From Aplysia californica (taxonomy: Eukaryota): 64,000 nt of DNA. The stretch's first letter is position 1, and each line of letters starts with the position of its first letter. The position numbers were made by a program, and so were the translations under genes. Location: positions 1,497,854-1,561,853 of the forward strand of contig NW_004797329.1 in assembly GCF_000002075.1 (NCBI RefSeq), given 5' to 3'. Under the pieces are notes generated by a model. It did not search any database and was not told the DNA's origin. It saw only the letters and a list, made by a program, of their open reading frames with translations. Shown here one piece after another: positions 25,301 through 34,800 of this stretch.

Positions 25301-28300
25301 TATCCCTGAAAGATGATTTGTTAAAAACGAAATTCTGTTTCAAGGAAAAAGATGTCAATAATGTACAGCTGTCATTGTTCATTTGTGTGGAGTCTTCTGA
25401 TGGTATACCCTCTCTTAATTACACGTATTACTTTGATACAGTGTAAGTCTTTTATCCTCTTTTTTTGTCCTTGGTATGGTTGTAACTTCACTTTAGACCT
25501 GGAAGAGGATTACAAGCTGTTGTATCTCCACTGTGTTGAATATCTTTATAGGTGAGCCTATCTAGTTCCCTGTCTTTTCACTTTTGCTTTTTCAATTTCT
25601 GGAATATTTTTTTCTGGTACAGGTGGAGAAAGAAGGCACCATGGACAACATCAATGTGAGGGAAAGCCTTATTCGCATGCGTTCTTTTCGCATGGGCTTA
25701 ATCCAGACAGCAGATCAGCTCCGGTTCTCGTATCTGGCCATCATCCAAGGAGCTCAGGCTATCCTGAAAGGCAGTGGATTAGAAAGTCTTCAGACACAAG
25801 TATGATTGTCTTTCTTTATGTTGTGAGGAGAAAAGGACTTAACATTACGACTTCTATTAAAGACAGATGGATATTTATTTCATTGAAAGCAAGACAAACA
25901 AGTTAGCTCTCAGATATACCAGTAACTCTACATGCCTAAAAATTGACGAGCGCCTGATGTTCCCGCGTCGTGACACATATAGTGAAATTATATACAAAAA
26001 AACGCAAGGGGGGAATGGAAAGTGGGCGTTCGGAGAGGTGGCCATCATTGCAGGTTCGACTGTATTCTCTTAACTCTAGTTTTTCTTTTTCACCCAGAAA
26101 TTATTCTCAATTACAGACTTTAAAAAATACTGAACTGTTTTGTTTTTTTTTTCTCCTTTCACTTAACCCTTAGAATTGCTCTGAAGGAGTCCCTCCCCCT
26201 CCACCCCAGCGGACAAGCAGCTTACAGCCTCCCGCCAAGCCCAAAACGATGCCATCGGCGCTTCAACTGCTGAGTGCTTTGGATGAGAATGAAGATCCGC
26301 CGGCGCTACCCCCAAAGAAGAACAGCCCTCTCCAGAGACAGTCCGGGTTCTCGGGTTGGGATGGAGAGATGGCGACGGACGACGACCTCACAGACGATGA
26401 CGAGGATGACGAGGAGTTTGATAAGCTCATTGACCGCGACGAGGATAAAGAAAACATTGGAGATAACGTTATTGCCGCTGACAGTGACAGTGAGAGCGAC
26501 AGCGAAATGCAGTAAGTTGACTTGAAACGTTAAGCCTCAAATGTAGAGAGAAAAAAGCAGTCCCTTTTTAGACTGAAACTGTCGTGAGATTTCTCCAAAT
26601 ATGTCTCTGTGTTCTTATCTTAACCCTTTTGCTGCTAAATTGTGTCCCCATATTATTTCCCCTGAATGCTGAATTAAACAGCGAGAAAAGCAAATTTCAG
26701 ACAGAAATTTTATTTCCTTCATAACTTTCTATTCTTAAAAATTTTGTATGGGTGTATGTAAACAGTGCTTCCAATCTTACGTATTTTTACGGAAATCTGT
26801 ATTTTACTTCTTGACAGTTCCATTCTTGCTCTCCCATCATTATCAACTCCATTAGTAAAAAAGTGCGATAGCGTAGGGCTACCAAGATTCTGGGGCAAAG
26901 GATCCTTACTTGCCATCATATTGTCTTGTATAAGTTGCGAGTATTAATGGTAATTCTGTTGGCAATAGGTTAATGTTATAGGAACCTGCCAGATCTGGTA
27001 GTATGAGGAAATGTGTGAATTGCCCCGAGAAAGACCTGGGAAAATACATAAAGTTCTTGAATATTTGAAAACCAAATTGGATAGGTCAGTAAATTCATTT
27101 TTGCCGGTCACGATTGTGATGTTCGCTCGGCTTTTCCCGGGCTGCTGAAGGCAACTTGATAACAGGTTTTAGAATTTTGATTAGAGCTCTCTGCAAAGCG
27201 TGCTTTGGTGCAGGCCTTGTATGGAATCGGGATCCACCATGCCTTGTAAGTCTTGTTATTGAATGAAAGTGTTTGCGTTTCATTGGATGGGTGATAGTGA
27301 TAGTGAATTATTACTATATTTTAGCTTTCTGTTCAAGATTGGCAGCTTTTCAGAGTCACTGCAGGACTGCATCTTGCCCTCCCTCAGTTCTTACAACTCT
27401 CTCACACTGATAGGTCTACTAGAGCCATTCAAGTTATTACTCTACTTTTGACTTTGAGCAACAATCTTAATGAAAAAAATAGGTGTTATGGGTTGTTGGT
27501 GATCTCTTCAAACAGGCTCCCGAATGGCATTTTTAACCCTCTAAAAGCACTGAATTTGAATTTCTTCGAGGGCTTCGTCCCCCGATCCCCCCACCAGGGA
27601 TCCTGCTGGAGCCGCAAAGGCCTCCCAACCCGCGGCAGAATTTTCCTTACTTTAAAAGTTGTAGCTTATTGGATGAAGTATATATGAGTGTGTGAAGTTA
27701 AAAAATCAAATTTAGTGGGGGACCCTCAGTTATGTCAGAAATGTCAAACAGTTGGTCTTCCCTTCTCCGGCCCCTTGCTTCATCTTCTGCTGTTGAAACG
27801 TCTCCGTCGGAACAAAAATCGAGTAGATCTACAATGTCCGAACCTTTATTTCTCTGAGTAACTTTAGATCTACAATGTCCGAACCTTTATTTCTCTGAGT
27901 AACTTCAGCCAAGTCAAACCCCTCAGAATGTGTGGTTGGCGGGTACTTTGATTTGGTTTGCTGCTTCTTCTTTCCTATCAAAAGTCTGTCGTCCTTATCT
28001 CCCCTTCTTCTTTTTTATGTTTGTTACTATCTTGTAACATATGATCTTATGCAGTTGCGAGGGCCGTAAAACCTCAATTAAAACTTTAAAAAACACCCCC
28101 CCCCCCCCCCAACTCACGTGAATCAGAGTCCATAAAAACGTTTGGTGGGTCAAGTCAGACCCACCATCACTCTCCTGATCTGATATATCTTGTAGATTTT
28201 CCTCCCAACAAGTGTCTTGAAAAATTTTACCAAAAAACTCAATCGGCATTGTTTTCTTTTGTTGTGACACACAAACAAAAGTATAATCAATTCTGCTTGG

Positions 28301-28922
28301 ACTACTATGCAGTATGCTGCGAATTTCTTCTTCATCGTCTTTGTACATCATTTTTTAGTAGGCCTTTGTACACCTGAGTCGGTTTGAGTGGAAATTCTGT
28401 CTATCACGACTAGTAGTTGGGACCCGCGCGCAAAGGGTTGAATTGTTTGTTCCTTAAGAAATCTAAAGTTTTTCAAACTAGAAAATTGTATTTTATATTT
28501 GATGAGAATTGGCATACTTGTCCGTCCGAATGATGTCAGTTTTTGTTTATGAGGTGTTGCTCACACTGCTGATTCTATGGGTAGAAAGGAAGATGGATAT
28601 ATTATCTGCTCTCAGCATGTATGTGAGCACAGTTGCTTCCTGTTTTGTCGCTTCCTTTTTTCCCCCCTTGGTGCCCTTTTTAAAGAAAAAATATCATTTA
28701 TTGGATTTGTCTTGTTTGTTTTGCAGAAGGGCACAAGTGCGACAGAGAATCCGAGAACAAAGGAAGCAGGAGACCATGCAGAAGATCAAGGAGATGAAAG
28801 ACAAACAGCGTCGGAGCGAGAGATGGCGTCCGTACAAGTCGTTCTTCACACCGTCCGTGTACTTTGGAATAGCAGTTTTGGTGGGGATAGCCGGGGTGGT
28901 GGTGTACAGGTATATGTTGTAA
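7482..28922 (+). CDS. PTPN1/PTPN2: Non-receptor tyrosine phosphatase, PTP1B/TC-PTP (Ptp61F-type) orthologue; 9 coding exons, 1446 nt, 481 aa
   Basis: All exons are GT-AG bounded and phase-compatible (0,1,0,0,0,0,0,2). Motifs present: [70 protein letters not shown]. Pro-rich linker, basic segment and hydrophobic C-terminal tail follow. Confidence 0.96.
8109..10959. mobile_element. Non-autonomous TIR element with CATGG ends (P-element-like terminus); middle shell
   Basis: 12-bp TIR catgggtctcaa/ttgagacccatg; ataaaa abuts both ends; a short uninterrupted copy lies at 16748..17115. Confidence 0.75.
9434..10869. mobile_element. Non-autonomous Mutator-like (9-bp TSD) element; inner shell
   Basis: TSD taataataa at 9425-9433 and 10870-10878; inverted actatttctccgaacgttcgg repeats; absent from the homologous site in the 16748..17115 copy. 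Confidence 0.85.
11959..12784. mobile_element. Foldback/Mutator-like MITE with tandem-repeat TIRs
   Basis: TIR cggagtgtctacgtac/gtacgtagacactccg; TSD aaagaagaa at 11950-11958 and 12785-12793; about 35-42 bp subterminal repeats (ggttaccgtgtacgtgacactgagactac) in opposite orientation at the two ends. Confidence 0.88.
13928..14036 (+). CDS. PTPN1/PTPN2: PTPN1/2 exon 2 (RLKNEAS...KNRYRDVSP)
   Basis: Pyrimidine tract + ttacag acceptor, t|gtaagt donor, KNRY pTyr-recognition loop. Confidence 0.96.
14957..15207. mobile_element. MITE family S2 (about 250 bp, AWWT TSD)
   Basis: TIR ggtcg(c/t)tt(t/c)taag(g/c)acaag(c/g)gggcta; ATTT on both flanks. Confidence 0.82.
15392..15489 (+). CDS. PTPN1/PTPN2: PTPN1/2 exon 3 (YDHSRVVL...YINAS...YILTQ)
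   Basis: cttcag acceptor, cag|gtaggc donor, PTP motifs 2-4. Confidence 0.96.
16201..16668. mobile_element. MITE family S1 (Sola1-type, AWWT TSD)
   Basis: TIR gtgaggcagcgtggtggaatcaggctctcgtcaa; ATAT on both flanks; internal duplication of about 30 bp. Confidence 0.85.
16748..17115. mobile_element. Short copy of the CATGG-ended TIR element
   Basis: Colinear with 8109-8215, 9274-9432 and 10870-10959; ends catgggtctcaa / ttgagacccagg. Confidence 0.75.
17290..17388 (+). CDS. PTPN1/PTPN2: PTPN1/2 exon 4 ([13 protein letters not shown]...IEKGA)
   Basis: ctccag acceptor, gca|gtaaga donor, 99 nt. Confidence 0.96.
19904..20151. mobile_element. MITE family S2 copy (inverted)
   Basis: Reverse complement of 14957..15207; AATT TSD. 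Confidence 0.82.
20228..20377 (+). CDS. PTPN1/PTPN2: PTPN1/2 exon 5 (LKCAQYWP...LEHME)
   Basis: ttgcag acceptor, gag|gtttgt donor, KCxxYWP motif. Confidence 0.94.
20937..21146 (+). CDS. PTPN1/PTPN2: PTPN1/2 exon 6, catalytic (WPD loop, [10 protein letters not shown])
   Basis: tcacag acceptor, atg|gtatgc donor, 210 nt; catalytic Cys, Arg and Asp intact. Confidence 0.97.
21670..24814 (+). mobile_element. Sola1-type DNA transposon (TIR-complete, transposase disrupted) in PTPN intron 6
   Basis: 34-bp TIRs cgtccctctaaacacgtactaacgtaagccacat / atgtggcttacgctagtacatgttttgagggacg (3 mismatches); AATT TSD on both sides; subterminal acgtaagccac repeats; internal transposase. Confidence 0.88.
22700..23890 (+). 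pseudogene. Sola1-like DDD transposase, N-terminally disrupted
   Basis: ORF 22958..23890 has [43 protein letters not shown]. Upstream part is broken by stops and frameshifts. Confidence 0.8.
25623..25799 (+). CDS. PTPN1/PTPN2: PTPN1/2 exon 7 (Q-loop, [15 protein letters not shown])
   Basis: gtacag acceptor, caa|gtatga donor. Confidence 0.95.
26174..26511 (+). CDS. PTPN1/PTPN2: PTPN1/2 exon 8 (Pro-rich and acidic linker)
   Basis: ccttag acceptor, in frame with ORF 26249..26515; PPPPPQR and PPALPPKK motifs; ca|gtaagt donor, phase 2. Confidence 0.88.
26624..26969. mobile_element. Possible piggyBac-like MITE in PTPN intron 8
   Basis: TTAA|cccttttgc ... ggcaatagg|TTAA, degenerate TIR. Confidence 0.4.
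27825..27905. repeat. 41-bp tandem duplication
   Basis: tagatctacaatgtccgaacctttatttctctgagtaactt twice. Confidence 0.9.
28727..28922 (+). CDS. PTPN1/PTPN2: PTPN1/2 exon 9 (basic region + tail anchor, stop)
   Basis: ttgcag acceptor fits phase 2. [21 protein letters not shown] resembles TC-PTP LRKRIREDRKATTAQKVQQMK, followed by hydrophobic [17 protein letters not shown]. Confidence 0.92.
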
Positions 28923-30131
28923 TGTTGTTCCCTCCGGCCCGTGCCAGACGGTAGGATGCTTTTGTTTGCCAATATCAGAATTACTGTACAGTATTTTCTT
29001 GATGTTTAAGGAAATTGTAATATGTCTCTGAAAATATTTTTTGCTACTCAGGTACTTGGGAAGATGGAGACTTTTGGCCCAGATTGGGCTTTATCAAAGT
29101 TTTCGTGATGTTATGAGTGCTTGTGGTTTAGATACTGAAAAAGAGACACGGTTTTGATGGCTTGTTGCGAATGATTTTGTTATTTCTATCAATGGCATTC
29201 CATGTAGCACGTAGGTTATGTTTGACATTCTGAGGGGGAAGATTCACACTTTTGTCTTTGGCAAACAATGGAACATCAGGCATAACCACCTTTTTTTTAA
29301 AAAGATGAGTCTGTTGAATGATAATTGACAGAAATTACAAAGTTTTTGCCTTTCCATTTTCAATTAAACCTCCTTCCGTCTGTGGCTAAATTGTCCGGTG
29401 CAGATTTCTGGTCCATCTTGAACCTTACTCTGATATTTTTCTTGTACAGCTCACAGGCTTCTTGGTGCAATGGTTAGACCCTTCACCTTGGGGGAAGAAG
29501 GTGTGAGTTCATTTCCATAGTGATGAAGATATTTCATTGAGTTCCCTTTGTCTGCTACACTGCCTGTGTTGGCTTTGGTAGGCAAAGTACCCCCTCCTTT
29601 GTATTTATTGAAGCAATGGGGATGCAGATCATTTAACAATCACTAGACAAGATGGCAAACTGAAAGAGAAGTTCATTTGAAGTATAATATGAGGTATGTA
29701 GAGTTGGAGGAACTCCTTTCTGTTTCAATGACATAGTACACAAAACTCAAGGCTCAAGACACAGACTGGACAAGAGGAACTTCTTGGATAACAAGGACAC
29801 CCACCATCTGCTGTCCCCCCCCCCAAACACACACACCTACTACTTGCTAATACCAAAATTAGCACCATATTAGATAGTGGGAAGTCAAAAGGCCATGTGG
29901 ATAATGTTCCCTTTTCCTGAGACATTGTCATCAGGTCCAGTAGCTCTGAAATTCAAACCCTCAACTTGAAATGGAAGAGACCTACGGCTTCGCTGTTGGG
30001 CCATATATCCCTGTTTTAGGTTTTCACGGGGAATTGGATTTGGAACTACGTTGTCTTTTATCATGTTGAAATAAGACTAAGCGCTCAATCTATGGCCGCT
30101 GTAAGGCGAACACTTATGTTCTGTTCTTTAA

Positions 30132-30292
30132 CACTTTGCCCGCACGCGACGCCGGTCGGCGACTGTAAGAAGCCGTCCCTTTTCCCCACGGGGCGCCGAT
30201 CAGCGCTGTGTGATATAGCGTGTACCGCACCTGTACACCTGGTCCGTGGGGACAAGTGTTGCGCGCTCTGCGTGCTCCGTGGGTGGAAAGTG
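30132..30292. mobile_element. piggyBac-like GC-rich MITE
   Basis: TTAA|cactttgcccgcacg ... cgtgggtggaaagtg|TTGA (right TSD one mismatch). Confidence 0.55.
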
Positions 30293-31066
30293 TTGAGCCT
30301 CGTTATGAAGCTCAAGTTTTGATTTTATAAGTGACTTTTAAAAAATGGCACTGAGTGTTTGTGCTGGATGGGAGTTGGGGGATGCCAACAGTTTTTTTTA
30401 TTGCCAGGTGGATTGTCTTTGTCAGAATATTGTCTCAGGGGAACCATACTCTAAAATATCAGTTCTAGATTCCCACTTTTGTAAATTTTATTAATGAGAA
30501 AGGGGAAGAATGCAAGATTTCATTTGTTTGAGGTCACTTTTTTTTTTTTCCACAATAACCTAAACTGTTTAGAAAAGATCTGAGTTCTGGGTTCATTGTA
30601 TCCTCAATGCAGGAATGTTGCAGTTCCACTTCTGGTAGTCCAAATATTAAACTTAACATGTCTCTGTTATAATGCACAGTTTGATAATTGTTTGATAACA
30701 GTTGGTAAAGATGGTTGAAGCAGGAAGACTTGGTAGACTGATTTATGTTGGTGAGTGAAGTGTTTGAATTGTCCTACTTAAACATCAGAATCGTTTACCG
30801 TTATTGATATGACATGCCTTGTAATTTCTTGGGGGGAGGGGGGGTAGTGATAGCAGCACATGACACCATGGTGTAACACAAACACCCACTCTCATGCCTT
30901 GCCTGCTGCTGTTTTCTTGACTGATTGTTTGTAGGTTTTAATTTTAATCAAGATCTGTTACGGAGTCTCATTTTGAATTTTAATTTTTGTCAGGATTTAG
31001 CTACTGTTTTACCGCTGTCTGTATGTAGTGTAATGGTTTTGCTCTTCATTATATGCAAGAATAAAT

Positions 31067-31468
31067 GTGGGGCATCGTGAAATCAGGCGCTTGTCAAAAT
31101 CATAAAATTGAAGCATTTTTCCGCAGGTTTGGCAATTTATATTGAATCTTTATTTTTTGGCGTAACGCGTATTATGTTCATTTAAAAACGTTTCTGTGTG
31201 GGTTTTACTGAAAAATGTTGACCAAAGGCACCAAAAAAATCTAGTTTTTCAAGTTTCCAAGGACAAACTATTTCTCTCTAATTCTTCCCCTGAAACCAGG
31301 CGACCCCCCACCTCCTACAGTCACAAATGTCTCAACTTCTGTTAAAGATTTTCTTGTATTTTATTCATCGAAAGCAGTTCCACGCGCACAAGCTTTAAGA
31401 TGATATCAATAACTCCACATGCCCCAAAAATGGACAAGCGCCCTGATTCCCCTCGCGTCGTGTGACAC
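31067..31468. mobile_element. MITE family S1, diverged copy
   Basis: Body and degenerate TIR homology. Confidence 0.7.
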
Positions 31469-31578
31469 ATTTATAAGTTCTCTTCCAGCATGGTGATGTG
31501 TCCAACTGCCTGCTGGGATGCTGTATTTCTCTTGGCTCTCCCTATCTGGCAGAGTCGTAGCAGCCTACCTCCTGAAAT

Positions 31579-31804
31579 GGTCACTTTTAAGGACAAGGGG
31601 GCTAACCCAGATTTCGGGGTTTCCAGAAATCTTGACCTACATCAAAAGTGGGATTGCCCTACCTATGGGAGAAGTTTGGCTTCATTGGTGTGTATATTTC
31701 ATTGGTTATAGAGAAAACTCTCCTTGTCTTTTAAAGAGACTGAATAAGAATCCAGAAACTTTGACTTCAATTTTCTCTAAACAGCATTGTCCTTAAAAAC
31801 GATC
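31579..31804. mobile_element. MITE family S2 copy
   Basis: Colinear with 14957..15207. Confidence 0.75.
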
Positions 31805-34800
31805 AAACAATCTAAACGGTATTGACTGCGGTGTACGTCTTCCTTTAGTAAGACAGGGGCTGCTGTCTGAGAGCTGTGAAAACTCTGGAAAAATTTTCAA
31901 GGTCTTTTGTTCCAGTCTTCTATTTAGTCAAACTTTAACCTTTCTGACAGGTTTAGCACCATGGGTTCTGAGTTAAATGTTCGAGACTTGACACAAGAAT
32001 GAATAAAAAGAAGGAATATGAACTCTTTGAAGACGAAGCGGACATATAAGTGGGATCAACAGTGGACCAAAGACTATGTTGCTGCACATTTGGAACCATA
32101 CTACACGAATCAAAAACATGAGCTGTGCATATTTCTTTGCATTGGAATCTTGTTTGCCTTTTGAATACAGAATAGGAAAAAAAATTATGAGTAACTACGG
32201 TATGCTTTTTTTTTTTTTTTAAGTTCCCTCAACCAGTGAGTCTTCAGGTGTTGTCGAATGACTGGAGTGGGCGTCCTTAATGAGTTAAAGGGCCCCAAAT
32301 TGACCTGCTGAATAATTTGAAGATCAAGTTAATGTTTTATTGTTTTGGCATGGTGTTTCTCTGCTGGCACAAGTATGATAGTCTTGTATATGTAAGCGAA
32401 ATTGTTGAAGTAAATTGTCATATCTTATTATATATACCAAAGCACTCTATTTTGCATGAAAGCAAGCGGTGTCAATACTTTGTTGTATTGTCATTGTTTC
32501 TCTATTAATTGCGCTTGATCTAATTTTATTTTTCATAAAATTTTGAAATTTATGAGAGAATAATGAATACACCTTATTTTTTTTCTCCAATGCACAAGTG
32601 ATACAGGAAAGCCTACAACATGTTCTACTATTCCTCTTCGTTATTTCCATTTTCTTTCTCCTCCCCCCCCCCCCTCAAAGCTATTTAACCATGGTTAGGT
32701 TGATTTTGATGCACTTTTCATCGTTAAAAAGAAATGTTCAAAGTGCCCGTGGGTAGTTGAGTACAAAGCCATTTTTTTTCTTGCCAGAACTCGATGATGT
32801 TCGACAGTTTGAGTTGTGTGTCTCAAAGTGAGGCAACATCTCAGTTTTTGTTCATCTGTGACTGTGACTAGTGTGTGGTTGAAAAGACAGGTTTGTGTTG
32901 GCATTATCAAGGGGGTAGGAAAATCATTGATGATAATAATAATAATTATAATATTTTCTTGGTTACAGTGTGGATGTCTGTGATGTAGCGGTGTGGCACT
33001 TGGCCATTTCTCACTGAAGATATGAGTTTGATTCCCTTGTGGGGAGGTTCTTGTATAGAGTGTCTCTGTCTTTTTTCTGTGACCTTGTATCCCATCTCTC
33101 TCAGCATAAGGTGGCCCTGACAGGCAGGGGTCAAAGCTGCCCGACTTCTCTGTGATCTAAACTTGTGACAATTGGGGACGTTGAGCATCTACAATTATGA
33201 ATTATATAACTTTTTTTTTTGGGTGGTAAAGTTACAGGATTTAAAAGGAGTTTTGAAAGACATTTAAGGAAATTGAGGTGAAAGTGTCCAGGTTACTCAT
33301 ATCGTGGCCTCGGAACTATTTTGTCCAAAGTGTAATTAGGTACACGTCGCAAAAGGGGCAGACCCAAAGTGACCTGGAGACGCACAATAGAGTCTGAAAT
33401 AAAGTCCTGGAGATCCTTTGTTGCTGCCCTAAACGCCAGATGGCGTAATGGGTAGAAAGTAAGAAAGTAAGTAGCCTAATTAGGTAAAGAGGTACTTGGA
33501 CCAAATAGTTCTGAGGCGATGATATGGGGAACTATAATGTGTTATGAATGAAACTTGTGGCCATAACCTTTGTGTTTTGGGCACATTGGTGACGTATGGA
33601 AATATGTACATCAATTTCAATTATTCTTTGCCTGGCACTGGGTTTTTTTTCTCCCATTTCTGAAGTTTAAAAAATGCAAGGTATGTCTCACTTTATCTTT
33701 ACGTGTATGGAACAATGGGCAGTATTTGTAAATACTCAAAAGGTAATGTTTTAGTGGGGTCACTTAATGAGGAAAGTGAGGTGTATGCTGCACTTCATGT
33801 CAGAGACGTACTGTAAGGTGCATATGTCTCCTAAGTTTGATTTCACGATTCAAAACCATGCACAACGTGCATTACGATATAAGGCTCAGTCGTCATGTCC
33901 GTTACTGTATGTAAATGATGTTATTCTTTCTCTTATCTAACACATTCATGGAACAAAAACACTTATTCCAAAATAAAAGTAAAACACTCACTCACAAATA
34001 AAGTCTAAGAACGAAATATTCCGGTTGTTTTGTCATCAATGGTCAGATCCTGCATTAGATGTACACAAGGAATTAGTAGGTCGTGGTCGGTATGGGGCAC
34101 CATACTTTTTCGCCTATTTTGCTAGCCCGAGAGGTCACCCCAGACCTGCCACACGCGTTGTTATTTCTGTGATTATTTTAAATTTCTGTACTCTATAGCG
34201 CTTTGGTACATCCTCGTTATGTTTAATTTTTATGCATTAGTCCTTTTGGCTAAATTAAAAATCTATTCACAACAATTGCGCCTTATTCATAGTAAAACGG
34301 CAGCTCTGTGAATCTGTCTACACAGTGTAGGTCTACCGGAAACGTGTGTGTGGAGTTTTCAAGCTTGAGTCTTCAGCGGGGAAAAGTGTTGTCAGCTACA
34401 TCCGGCACGGGAGGCTGGAGTTTTTTGTATGGTGCGCGGTTTTGGCCAAAAAGCTAAATATGAGTGATTTTTAATTAGCTCTCCTCACGCCTAATTGAAT
34501 ACCACCAGGAAATGGATCCCCCTCTCAAACAACTATTTTATGCACACACAATTGAATGTGCATAGCCAAATGTCTCTAACACGCCGTGTAGTTAAAACGG
34601 ATTAATGAAAGGGACTATTTTGTGTGTGTAACATATTATTGGTCTGACATACATGCATTTTGTTCTCAAATGTTTGACAAAGTGTTTTTCCATCAGTAAG
34701 AAAATGGCAATGTGAGGCGGCTATGTGCCAATGTACACTTCCCATTTTACTTCTATATTGCGTACTGACTTTTTGTCTCATGTTAATGTATACTATGTGT

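Noticed and set aside
26817-26872. Extra PTPN exon (ttgacag ... gc|gtaggg)
   Set aside because: Lies within a TTAA-bounded repeat, has a weak donor, and its 55-nt length would break the frame; exons 8 and 9 already join in phase.
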